DNA of 64,000 nt from assembly GCA_965603825.1 (NCBI GenBank), contig CBFDEM010000020.1, forward strand, positions 558,001-622,000, given 5' to 3'. This document shows, one piece after another, positions 12,154 to 24,488 of this stretch. The notes under the pieces were generated by a model. The model was not told where the DNA came from. It saw nothing but the letters and a program-made list of their open reading frames with translations, and searched no databases. Positions within the stretch are counted from its first letter, which is position 1, and every line of letters starts with the position of its first letter. Origin of the DNA: Blepharisma stoltei ATCC 30299. Lineage: Eukaryota > Protista > Ciliophora. The position numbers were made by a program, and so were the translations under genes.

Positions 12154-15100
12154 ATGTCATTAGTCCAAGAAATTAAAATTGGTGACAATAGACTAACCAC
12201 CCACATATCAGACCAAGAGCAAGATACTCTATTAGAAGTCACTTTCCCAACTGTTCCCTGCCTTATTACTCATTTTTCCTTCTTGGTCAGAGACTCAGAG
12301 CAAGCAAATAAAATTTTTAAACTCAGCAGCATTGAGGCAAAGCGAAATGAAGAAGACGATTACACGAGTCTTCATGACTGCGAAATCCCTAATTTGGATC
12401 CCAATGTTGAGTTTCAACAAAAAGGCACAGTTGTGATGGTCCCTGCTTTAGGAGTTTCCCACTCAATCCGAATTATCTTTACATGTCATAATGATCCTGA
12501 AGACTGTGACGCTGAAGTAGCTGCTATATCAAAAAGAAGCCATTGGGCAGTCCAAGCATTTCAAGACTGCTATAGTGCTGTAGCAATTGTGGGGTTTAGT
12601 TTAAATGTGAGTCCTACAGCTTCTCATGTGGTAACTTTGCTCAATATTGCAAGCATTTTAAGAAAAGAGCCAGAAGGATCAGATGCTGACTATTTGGCAG
12701 GCTTAGCACTCATGAATGCAAGAAGATTCGTGCAGGCTTCAGAGTTGATAAGAAGAGCTGAGTCAAGATTTGTAGGGCCTCTTGATATGCCAACGAAAAC
12801 ACCAAGAAATTTTGGAACGCCTCATACAAGATCGCCATCAGCAACAAATAATAAAAAACTGCTCCGAGCTGCCAAACTTGAGCTATTGGTTGCTGAAGGG
12901 TTCAATCAGCATGGGCAAATTTTGGATAAATTAATTGCTTATGAGCATGCAACTGAACTGTATTTAGGAGGAACAGAATTAGATGCAGTGAGCTTAGACA
13001 GTGATATATATAGCAGTTTGCAGCGTTTACAGCCTCATCTTGGCAGACTTTTACTGAAAAATTTGCATGATAAGCTGGAACCTTTGAGAATGGCATGTGT
13101 AAGAGGGCTGGAATTTCTGATGGAAAACTTAGGCTGCTCTTTAGGCACTCAACTAATCCAAACTTTGAAAATTACAATTAAATCTTACCCGCTAGCAGCC
13201 CAAGCATTTTCATCAGATTCTTTTAACAATTCTTTAATGTCAGCAATATCTATAAGTGATATTATACATAAAGAAGAGCCCCCATCAGCGGGATTAATTG
13301 ATTCTTACAATCGTTTACTAGAAACCTGTTTGAGCACCTTATCTTCTGCATCTCCTCAGCTGTTGCATTTAATTTTCAATGAAGTTCTCTCTCATTACTT
13401 GCTGATTTCTGAACTTCCTAAAGACTTGAAAATCTATTTATTAAAATTCACTGAAAAAGTTACTACAATTTGCGAAGCTGATCTGGATTATTCAAACTCA
13501 CTTCTCACTGGGATTTTAAGTATGAGATCTTGTGAAGAGATCAGTGAGCATGCAACGAGAGTGTGGGAGCTTGTGAAAACCAAAGTTTTACCACATTATA
13601 CAGCTTCAAGACTCGAGTCACTTGTTAATTGGATTGTAGATGTACTGAAAGGAGACAGCTGCGAAGAGCACATCTCAAGTGTGCTAGAACTTGTTATATT
13701 ATTAGGAAAAAGAGAAGAAAATCAAAATTCTTTGATTAAGCCTAGACAAAGGCCTCAACTAAATCAGCTGATGAACCCACTGTTACAATGACTAGACTAT
13801 TCTGCGTCAAACCAAGAAAGGCTTGGACTATTTCAACAAGTGTGGGGATGCATCGCGGGAATTTCGATGAGCATGCCTGAAATCAATTTAGTCAAAATTA
13901 TGATGCCGCTGCTACAAAAAGTTAATGAATACTGCAAAATGGCAACTCTTCCACTGCCAATGCTCAAGTTTTTAAACGTTGTGCTTTCAGATCTTAAACC
14001 AGATTCAGCTTTTTACGAGTTTTTACTAGACTTTTTACCTAACTTTTGCCAATCAATTCCGAGCAACGTGCATGATGAAGTTTTTCAGGTTTTAAATCAG
14101 ATTCTCAGCTTTATTGGTGGATGCTTAAGTGAGCATCATTTAGAAGCGTTAATTGAAGGAGTTCTAGATCAATATACTGTAAAAAGCCAATCCCAAAAGC
14201 AGACGCGGACTTATTTGACTAATCTAATTGTCAGCCAACAAATGTACCTAGAATTTGTTCTTGATTATTGTTTTTTATTAAACCAGGATAACAACCTAGA
14301 CCATTTTAAATTTGACAGACAAAAAATTATTTTAGAGCATGATCATTTTCTTGAGAAATTGTCATTCGCTATAGAAGTTCTGTCATTATTAGAAAGTCCT
14401 CATTCAGAAATAGTCATTGGTCATATGGAACAAATTGGTAACGTCTGCCAAAAACTTCTAACAAGCAAAGACTCTCATGTAAGAATTAGAAGCTTAGAAG
14501 TTTTGAGGCTTTTAGGAGAAATCACTTTGATTTCTGAAGAAGATGACACTCTGTGTGTCAGCAAATTAATAGCAGCCACTGTGAAGCCTTATCTAGAAAC
14601 TGGAGAAGACGCAAAAGTTGTTTTTTATAGCTTGCAGCTTGTAGATATGATATTCAAAAATTTGCTTCCTCCAACAATTGATGAAGAGAGATACCAAGAA
14701 GCAAGGATGCTTGAAGCCCTTAAGCTTTGAAACGGGGTTCAAAACCAGATCTATTCTCCATGGAGCAATAACCGTGCCATTTCTTTCTCAATATTATGCT
14801 CTTGGGTGCAAATTGATATAAATCAGCTGAGAGCTCCTCTTCAGTCAAAACTTAAACTAAGCCTGCTTCCCCTTCTTTTATCTCTATTATCAAGCAAAGA
14901 GTCAGAGTCCAGAGCTGGAGCTTTAAACATTATGGGCTCCTTTTGCGGATTGAGTTTACCTGACACTGCGACCGATGTTAACACCTCTGTGTTTAAAAAG
15001 CACAGTGAGCAAATCCCAGTTGCGATTTGGGAGCAAGTTTTTCATTTGCAAGATGACTGGGATCCAATGATTAGAGATGCAGCATGCGTTCTTATTCAAC

Positions 15101-16128
15101 TATCAGCACCCAAAGAAGAAGTAAGGCGCTGCTATCAAGTGCAAAAAGAAGAACTATCGCTAAGGACTTTGAATATTGCCAATCTGGAAATTGAAGAAGG
15201 CAGTGAAAGTCCTGCTGATGAAAACATTTTTTGAGCTGAAAACTACTCAAGCCAAGAACTGGTACAACTTGTGAGCTTATTTAAGACAGATACGAAAAAC
15301 CCAAGCCAACTGTGGAATGAGCCCAGAGAAAACAGAGAAGGAGGATTAGAGTTTGGGAAGACTGAGGAGTCAAAGCCAGAGGATGAAGAGGAAACCTTAG
15401 AAGCCCTAGGAGTCATTGATATTGAGGATGAATTGCTTGAAGGCTGTGATGATGAAGCCAATAATTTCCCAGTCATAAAAAATAACTACGCAAAAAGGAA
15501 ACCTCAGCAAAAGCAAGTCAACCAAACAACTGAAGACCAAACTTGAAGCCGGCCTTTGAGGCCTCATAATTCATCACTGAGACCTTGCACTCCTCCAGCA
15601 AAAACTCAGCATGATCTACCAAGGGCAATAAGGCCTCAATCCCGGCATGCTATGCGTGATCCTATTATTATAGAAGATTCGAGCTCCAAACCGCAAGAGC
15701 CGATAGCCAAGCAGATGCCTCAGCCTCCTCCTGATTCTAAAGACCAAAAAAAGGAGATTCCAGAATTTGATATTGAAGAAGATATTGATATTGCTGATCT
15801 TGAAGAAGAAAAAGAAGAAGGACACTTTAGGCGCAACAGCTTAGAAGATTTAGAAGATCTACTGAACCCTGAGCCTGAGTTAAAATTAACCCCAGATTTT
15901 GATATACGAAATGGCAATAAATCACCTCAAAGCTCAAGGAAAAAAATTGAAGAAGAGCTTGCAAATAGACTAAAAAATTCAGTTTCTCAGCCTACAACTT
16001 TAAGCAAAATTTATCTTCAAAAGCCTGATCTTACTATTTTTAAAAAAAAATCTCGATCCCTGAACAACAGTTTAGTGAAAGGGAGAAGAGGTAGCTCTGG
16101 TAAATCAAATAAAAAACTGAAGCCTTAA
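12154..16128 (+). CDS. large alpha-solenoid (HEAT/ARM-like) protein with disordered acidic C-terminus, ~1324 aa
   Basis: Five ORFs in one frame separated only by TGA (13789, 14728, 15232, 15544); HEAT-like segments (LLTSKDSHVRIRSLEVLRLL, LLSSKESESRAGALNIM). Confidence 0.8.
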
Positions 16129-16203
16129 TTATAAATATTATAATAATTTTTTGAAAAAATTAAAATCGATCTTACTATAAGGATTGATTTTAAATAAATT
16201 ATT

Positions 16204-17505
16204 TTAATTATTACATGCCTCTTGAGCCATTTCACTTCGCAAACAATCCCATTCTAATAAAAACTGCTTAAATTCATGTATTGTGCACGCGTTTCTTATA
16301 AATGTATGCTTTTTTAGCATAGATGCGGTCGCTCTTTCAAAAGGATTCTTTTTAAGACACTCACTTATAAAGTTTGTAAACGAAAAGCTCCACTTATTTT
16401 GGCCTTCCAGCTGTGGTTCAGGGAGCTGAGGTAAGCAATTCATTACCTTCATTGGAGATTCATTTATGAAAGGAGGGTCACCTTGAGCAATCTCAATGGC
16501 TAAAATGCCAAGAGACCATATATCACATTTCATATCATAATGCTTTCCCTCGGCTACTTCTGGAGCCATCCAATAAGGAGTTCCAACTATTGTAGTTCTT
16601 GATGAGTTATCTGAGGTCAATTGCACACTAAATCCAAAGTCATTCAGCTTCACATAGCCCTAAATATAAAATACGTCTGAAGATAATAATACATTATCAG
16701 ACTTGATATCTCGATGAATTCGATGCTCTTGATGCAGCCATGATAAGCCCTTTAAAATTTCTCCGCATATATAAGCAATAATATTTTCTGGAATTTTCCC
16801 GTAGTTTTCTTTTATTAGAGCAGTTAAGTTGCACTTCATACACTCTAAGGCGACCCAGATTTCACTAATTGGAAATTACTTTTTATGCTCAAATGCTTTA
16901 TAGCATTCAATGATGTTTTCATGCTTAGAAATTTGAAGCAGTCCAATCTCATTTAAAATTTGGTTTTTCTGCTCTTTAGCTGTCACTTTTACCCTTTTCA
17001 GAGCCACTTCCCTGCCAGTCTTCTTATGGGTTGCCCTGAAGACTGATCCCGATCCACCATCGCCAATCTGAGAAGTAATTACATACTCTGATAGAGGGTC
17101 TTTAAGTGAAAGCTTTATTTTACTTTTCATTAGGCGCTTATACTGCTTTGATGAAATCAAATCTGCTAGATTTTCATCATCTGATTCTTCTAGGCAAGGT
17201 GAATCTGTATCAAGACGAACTAGCTGGCTCTCCATATCTCCATTAGGCTCAGGAGATACCCTGCAGTTATAAGAGAGGTGGCCTTCTTGTCTTCTGCACT
17301 GATAGCAAGGAGAACAAAATTGATAAGATTTAAAGGGCCAGAGCACATTGTGCTTTACAGTAAGACTACACCTCCGACAAAAAATTTTTTCTAATTATAT
17401 TCTACTGCAAACTTTGCATTTTCGCTTTTTACTAAAGAATGTAAATTCATAATGACAGTTAGTACACTCCGAACCTCGCCTGGAATGTGTTGTAAATGGA
17501 TCCAT
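16204..17505 (-). CDS. FYVE-like zinc finger plus STE20/PAK-like kinase, ~418 aa
   Basis: CTNC..FTFFSKKRKCKVCKKIFCRRCS...FCSPC; GDGGSG, VALK, IHRDIKSDN, DFG and GTPYWMAPE (STE20 signature); 15-nt introns 17391-17405, 16865-16879, 16660-16674. Confidence 0.88.
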
Positions 17506-17756
17506 TTATATGATATAGCATTGAAGTTTCAAATAAATATTGGCTCTATTAGTATTTAAATGTGAACATGGAGCAGTTGTATTTAATTTTTAATATAAAT
17601 CAAAGTGTATATAAAAATATCTATTTATATTGAATCGGGAATACAATATATTTTCTAAAACGAATTAATTTCTTTTTAATAAGCAGCATGAAAGCTAAAA
17701 GTATATATTTAATAAAAGTGTCCTTAAATTCTTAAATAAACGTCCCTATTATGCAT

Positions 17757-18656
17757 TTAACTTCTAGGGTAAATTAAGTTTTCAATTCTAAAAAAGTCAC
17801 GATCTTGAAGCGGAACAATCATACATGGAATCCCTCCTTCCATAGTTACTTGAATACCTACATCCCTTGTTCTAACTATCGGTGTTTGGGTCTTTTTATT
17901 TTCCATGTCTGCTGTAATCCTTTCATATACCTCTGGTCGTGCCGTAAACTTCCCAGTAAACTCTTCAGCTTGTTTTTCATCAAAAACTGAGTAATTTTTA
18001 TTATTTTCCTCAATTTCTTTGGGTGGCTCTTCCTCTTCAATTGGAGTTACTATCTTTTCAACCTCTACCTTCACCTCAGTTTCAACAGGCTGCTCTGCCA
18101 CTTTAACTGGGAAATCAATAGTTTCAAATTCTTCTTTTTCCTCCAATTTATCTTGATTTTCAGTTTCCTGCTCAACTTTCTCAGGAATTTTTGCAACTTC
18201 GATCAGAATATCAGACGATTCCGTGTTCTTTTCTGTACTTTCTTCTAATTCTTCAGGCTTTTTCACTTTCGGCCTATATCTTGGGGTGTTTTTTTTTTGA
18301 TAGCCTCTGACTTCTTCACTTTTTCTTGGCATATTGTTTAATTGTGATTTATCCTTTTTCCCTCTCTTATTGTTGCTCTGTTTTCTTCGATTATCAACTT
18401 GTTCCCAGTCGTCAAGATAGACACCGATGCTACTTCCATCACTGATTATTTTCTGGACAGCAGCATCTGCTTCTTCTTTGGTCGTGAACTGACTTACAAA
18501 AGTTTTTAGTCTGTCATCTGGCTCATTAGGGAAAAATGATTTTAATTCAGAGGCATAGCCGTCTAATGGATTCGAAGGAGGAGTTATTGGCTCCAGTGGA
18601 GCTGGCTGAGTTTTCGCTTTTTCTCTTTGCTCTAGAAATCGTCGCAAACTCGCCAT
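17757..18656 (-). CDS. hypothetical charged protein, 299 aa
   Basis: Uninterrupted ATG-TAA ORF; a short helical N-terminal region followed by K/E-rich low complexity. Confidence 0.7.
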   Translation of the reverse strand: MASLRRFLEQREKAKTQPAPLEPITPPSNPLDGYASELKSFFPNEPDDRLKTFVSQFTTKEEADAAVQKIISDGSSIGVYLDDWEQVDNRRKQSNNKRGKKDKSQLNNMPRKSEEVRGYQKKNTPRYRPKVKKPEELEESTEKNTESSDILIEVAKIPEKVEQETENQDKLEEKEEFETIDFPVKVAEQPVETEVKVEVEKIVTPIEEEEPPKEIEENNKNYSVFDEKQAEEFTGKFTARPEVYERITADMENKKTQTPIVRTRDVGIQVTMEGGIPCMIVPLQDRDFFRIENLIYPRS

Positions 18657-18767
18657 AGTTAATGTGTGAATTATAACTCATAATTGCTTGATGACAATTT
18701 AAATTAAAAATTTAGAAAGGGCAATGGAATTTAGGATAGAAAAAATTCTAGGTATAATACATGGAAC

Positions 18768-20747
18768 TTAATTTAGCTTGAACAAATTGGGGCTGCCTTT
18801 CAGCATAAAGCGGTGAGCAATATCAAAATCTCCTATTTCTCTTGGAGAATGGCAAATTATATCAGAGCCAGCTTGATAGCTGCAGTTACTCATCTCTCCA
18901 GCAATTCCATAGCCTCATCCAAAAATTCTTCCTTCTTCTGTTAAACATACAATACTATTGGCCCCACAATTTGCATCAATGATTTTTCCATTAATTTCAA
19001 TATTTACAGGGGAGCAGCTTGTTTTCACTCCTGTACCTAGAGCTAGCTGGCCAAATTCATTATCCCCCCAGACGAACAATTTGCCAGAGCTTGTCAGACA
19101 AGCTGAAAATAGCATGCCAGCTGCAACTTTTATTGCAGAATCTTGAATTGCGACAATAGTTGCATTATCACTCGTCATTTCGAACTCTATTCCTAGCTGG
19201 CCGTATTCATTTCATCCAAAAGAGTAAACTTTTCCTTCAGTATCCAAAGCGAGTGTGTGAGCTTCTCCACATGCAACTCCACATATTTGTTTTGATTTTT
19301 GAAGAAAATACTGATTTATGCAGGGCTCCAGCTGGACCAAGCCAATTTCGTCTTCTTCTAAATTAGAAAGGCCTAGGCCGAGCTGATTCACATCTCCTCT
19401 ACCTCATACTCATAGATCCCCTTGTTCTGATATAGCTGCATTATGATATGCCCCAGCCTCAGCATAAAGGAATCTTTGATTGCTCACTGATTCTATGTGT
19501 TTGGGAAAAACTAGTTTTTCTTTATTTCCATGCCCAAGGGCTCCACTTATTCCGTTTCCTCACGTGTATAATTTTCCGCTGCAAGTCACAAATATACAGT
19601 GTTCAGATCCGCAGGAAATTCACTTGACAGAATGATTGTAAGCAAACGTCAAAATGTCGTTCGAAAACCATGAAGTTAGTGATGGGCTCTGTTTTAAATA
19701 AGAAATAAATCCTATAGATGCTTTTTCATGCATTGAAAACTCCAGTATAGGTAAAGAAGTGTATCCACACACTGGAATCGCATATAAAATCCAAACCAAG
19801 CCTTCTGATTCAGTACGATGGCAGAGACAAATTTTTCTTATTAAAGGAGAATGCATATCATAGCCATCCAAGTGTATTGATTCGTGAATTTTGCTAGCTA
19901 TAGAGTGTGTTGTAAACATTGATGGCATCAAGACTGACCCTTCTTCCTCTGGGGATGAAAGGTCTTCTCAATAACTCTGAGACATAAAGTTATCTGAAAA
20001 ATCTGACGGAAGGAATAATGATATATTGTTATCGTTATTTTCAGAGACTAGCTCTGCCAAAAAGTCATTAGATTGGGTAGGAACATTCGGGACTGTAATA
20101 TAAGCTTCCTCACTTGACAAAATTTCATCTTCTTCGTATATAGTTCTATTATTTCCAAAATAGCTTGTACTTATGATGTCTGTCAAATTCGTTATCTCAT
20201 AGCTGAATCCTTCATTTTTTCTGACAGGAGATAGATCAGGAGATGTTTGTATTGAGCTGGAAGAAAAATAAATATTTTTCTCGTAATTTTGCATGAATCC
20301 TTCATGAAGCTGAATTATTTTTTCTCGATTTTCTCTTAAAATGGTTTGGCGATCTAATTCTTCACTTTGTGAAGTATGATCAATGCTTATTGAGGAGCTA
20401 AACTCCTGAGATTTGCTGACGTCAAGATTTTTCTCGAAGATTTCTAGCTTGAATTGATCGTTAATTGGTATTTCAGGATTTTCAAAAGGGGATTGATCAG
20501 AAAGTCGATTTATATAATTAATAATAGAATTTCTTTCAGACTTAACAAAGTCGAAGTCATAAATATAACTGCCAAGTGATTCTGACTTAGATGCCCTTAT
20601 TATTGGAAATTTGTAAGTTGGATCTACATTGATGTTTTTGTACTTGCTAAAAGATTTATAGGTTTCTGGGAGTCCTCTGTAAGTAGGGTTGGGTTTAATA
20701 GTTACAGGTTGATAGTTTGGAACGAAAGAACTCAGTTTTTGATAATT
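18768..20747 (-). CDS. RCC1-repeat protein (start codon uncertain; first ATG at 20294)
   Basis: One frame from 20747 to TAA 18768 interrupted only by TGA. RCC1 blades: ISCGSEHCIFVTCSGKLYT-W-GNG..GALG, AGAYHN...DL-W-V-W-GRG, VACGEAHTLAL...YSFG-W-NEYGQLG. Confidence 0.8.
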
Positions 20748-21130
20748 TTATTAATTCATTAATTCTCAAGATATAACTTATTCGAGGATTTTGCCTTATT
20801 TAATGCTCGAATTGCAGTTTAATAAAATCAAAGAACCATTTGATGCAAAAATAGCTTATTTAATAGCATCCTAAGTTTTAAAATATTATAAGATGCGAAA
20901 AGACTATAGAAAGCAATAATAGTAACATTTTAGAATTTCTGATTAGATACAGTTAATCTTAAATACATCTCGGGAAGTCCAGAAATGCTATCTTTGTAAG
21001 CACTAAGTATATTTGATTAAAATTTTTGACTCACCAAAGTGTGTCTTGACTTAGAAAAAGGTAGTTTTTTTGCCATTACCCAACAAGAATATGTTAAATA
21101 AATATATACGTTTTTTAAAATTATAATCAA

Positions 21131-22195
21131 ATGGACTCAGACACACAAGTAGACAAAGCTTATAGAGATTCAATTTTTATTAAGCTTAGGTCTTTACCAG
21201 GAAACCAAACCTGCTTTGATTGCTCAACAAAAAACCCAATTTGGTGCTCAGTAAAACTAGGAATTTTTATTTGCTATGGATGCACTTCAGTACATAGATC
21301 TCTTGGCACCCATCTCAGCTTTGTGAGATCTAGCGATTATGATATGTGAACTCTACGACAGCTAGCTTATATAGAGCTAGGTGGGAATAAAAGAGCAAAA
21401 GAATTTTTTAGATCTCATGGAATCCATGGTGCAGTTGACTATGCATCTCAAGTTGCAGAAAGATGGAGAAATGAATTAGCTGAACGAGTTGAGGAGTTGT
21501 ATCCTCGGGCGATCAAAAGGAAAGAATCTCACCCCGAAATTGATGAGAACCAAATAAAACAAATTGCTGATCCTCAGCCTACTAATAATATTGCTGAAGA
21601 GCGTAAAACAGAAGAAGTCAAGCAAAATGTCTCCAAGTCTTCAAATGTCACAAAACAAACAGTTCACATATTGAATAAACCAAAATACACCCCACCAGCA
21701 GAAACTCAGCACAAATTCAGGAAAACCAAGGTAGAAGAAACTGCATCTCCTATTAAATTTAAACCAGTCAGCTTTAAACCACAAATAGAAGAAGAGGAAG
21801 AGTTTTTCGATCCGCAGCCTTTAAAAGCCCCAGAGCGATCTCAGCCAGTGATACAACAAGAGCCAATTATACCTCAGCCAGCCCCATCTACAATTCAAAG
21901 AAAAAATATAGAGAAAAAAGGATTTGGAAATGAAGACTTCGAGCAACAAAGGATAAATGAGAGGGCAAGCAAGCAAAGATTAGCAGAGCTTTCATCTGCG
22001 AAATCTATTTCTAGTGACATGTATTTTGGAAAAATTGACAATAGCAGCACAAATAATGAAAAAATCGACTACATCAAAGAAGAAGCAGCCAATCTTGCAG
22101 AAGCTGCACGTGAAAAAGCAGGAGAGGTAATGAATATTTAGCTAAAATCTAAAGCAGCAAAGATATGGAGTTCCTTGCACCAAAGGTTTACATAA
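21131..22195 (+). CDS. ArfGAP2/3 (Glo3)-like GTPase-activating protein, ~349 aa
   Basis: CFDC-x16[20 protein letters not shown]..D.-W(TGA 21347), GGN; C-terminal [11 protein letters not shown] Glo3 motif; intron 22127-22141. Confidence 0.92.
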
Positions 22196-22243
22196 TATTA
22201 TATAGCAATATAAATCTAATTACAAAAGAATTACATTTGAAAT

Positions 22244-23704
22244 TTAAAAGTGCTTGGATAGGAGATCAGAGAATTCTTTGAGATCTATTTCTCCATCCCC
22301 GTTTTGATCAACTTGCTTTATTAACTCGTTTCACATTTCAATATCTTCTGAATTTTCATCTTTTAGTACGTATTTAAGCTCTTCAGCTGATATCTTCCCG
22401 CTTCCATCTTTATCGAAGGCATCAAAAGCATTCTGAAGATTTGCTACCGAAGTGAATTTCCTAATATCTGTAGCAGCTTTGAGAAATTCAGTATAATCAA
22501 TGTAGCCATTGTTGTCTGTGTCAACTTCGTCCATGATTTGGTCCAATATTTCTGGAGAAAAACCATCCAAATTTTCAAACCCATTTTCAAGCTCTTCCCT
22601 GCTAAGCTTTCCATCTCCATTTTGGTCTAATTTCCTAAATATTTCTCGTGCTTCTCGTAAGTCTTGAGAGCTAGCTAGTTGTGTGACTATAAATGTAATA
22701 ATTGCGTCCTTTATCTTATTTTCATTTTTGAAGCCTAGTAAGTTACTCAAAGAAGCTTTAATGACTTCATCTGACGTAGGTGGCTCTTGGAAATTGTTTT
22801 TGATCCAATCATGCTCCAGCGCATCTGATGCACTGATCCTTTCTTTTTCAGGAACCAGCAAGTGCTTGATTAAATCCTTCGCTTCCCTAGAGAGGGCTTT
22901 AAATGAGGTAGTAGACTCACTATTGTACTTTTCTTCTTTGATATGGTTTAAAATCTCCACCTCTGTAGTTCCATCGAAAGGTGGCTTTCCAGTTAATAAT
23001 ATGTACATTATAACACCAGCGCTTCACAGATCGCATTTCTCAGTATAGCAGTCTGCCAGCACTTCTGGGGCGATATAATAAGGAGTTCCCAATGATCCAT
23101 GAAGAAATTGGCCATTTTCATAATGAGTGGCTGCTCCAAAATCAATAAGTTTTATGCCTCAGCAATCAGACTTATCGTCGAGTAAAATATTTTCTGGCTT
23201 AAGATCTCTATGTGCAATTTTTTTCGAATGCAAATAAGCGAGACAAGAAAAAAGCTGTCTCATTATCAAAGCAGCTTCATGCTCCTTAAAGCACTTTCTC
23301 CTTACAATTGCATCAAAAAGTTCTCCACCTTTGCAGTGCTCCATCACAATGTAAAAATCCTCGGAGTCCTCGAAAAATTCGTAAGCCCTTATGATGTTTG
23401 GATGGTCCAATAACTTAAGAATTTCAATCTCTTCAAATAGCTTCTGCAGAGAATTGTTCTCAGAAAATTTTGATTTTTTAAAAATTTTTACTGCTCGGCG
23501 ATGCGCTGTTTTTTTATGGATACAAAATCTGACCTCTCCGAAGGCACCTTTTCCTAGGGTCCTACCTGATTGATAAACTTTTGTAAAAGGCTGATCATTG
23601 ATTTTTATGAAGGTGCTTGGTAGGATTTTAAGTTCATTGATCTGATTTAGCATAAATGTGGACATTGACCTAATTCTCCGTTTCTTGCTTGACGTGCAAC
23701 CCAT
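22244..23704 (-). CDS. calcium-dependent protein kinase (kinase plus 4 EF-hands), ~486 aa
   Basis: MGCTSS acylation motif; GKGAFG, HRDLKPEN, DFG, APE, CDL-W(TGA)-SAG; four EF loops DQNGDG, DTDNNG, DKDGSG, DQNGDG; joined across three TGA codons. Confidence 0.93.
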
Positions 23705-24488
23705 TTTATTATTGTGATCAAAATTTAAACTTACAAAATGGAAAACAATTAACTGCTCATTTAGAATTCGATAAATATTTGCTTTATACCTTAAGACCGA
23801 AAAAGTTATTAATTATAAATCTCAGATGGGCTTGGGATGCTAAGATATATAAATTATATCTTTCTTTTACTTCATTTTGAAACTTCCATGGGGCAATTTG
23901 ATCACATAAAATGCAAAATACTTAAAACTAAAGCCATAAATAATATGCGTAATATTCTTTAGGCTAATCTTATCTGCACTTTCTGACAGCTTGAAATTAT
24001 AGTATCATCCGCAAGATAATGCAGAATTAGGGTTATATGAATAATGGCAAAAGAAAATAAGGAGATTGTAATCTAAAGTATAATGAAATAACTATTAGAC
24101 TGGTTTGGGATAAAAAAATATTTTCTCCAAACTTTAGTAGGCTCCACATCAAATTGTAGAGAATTTGAATGCCGACTTATCCATATTTCTTAATCTTAAA
24201 TGTGAAAAACGCATATACAAATAAGAATAATAGAAATTTATAATCAATTATAAAAATTATAGTTAGTTGATTTCTCGAGAGTTTAACTCTAAATAGAGGT
24301 ATTTTGATATAATCCATCATTTCCATTATGAATTGATTGCAATTATATTGCAAGAGCAAATGGATTAGTTTTATTTGAAAATCAACCTAGTTCCTAAAAT
24401 CTTTTTTATTTTGATAATTTTTAGGGCATCTTTTAGATTATTTTATCCTAAATAGCACTCTCAAGAAATGAGTGAGTTTAAGTTTTAT

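Noticed and set aside
24027-24036. Telomere-like TTAGGGTTA (also CCCTAA words near 36030 and 47140)
   Set aside because: Isolated single words with no tandem array.
24177-24359. 60-aa ORF in an AT-rich spacer
   Set aside because: TTG start, low-complexity Ile/Phe/Lys composition, no motif.
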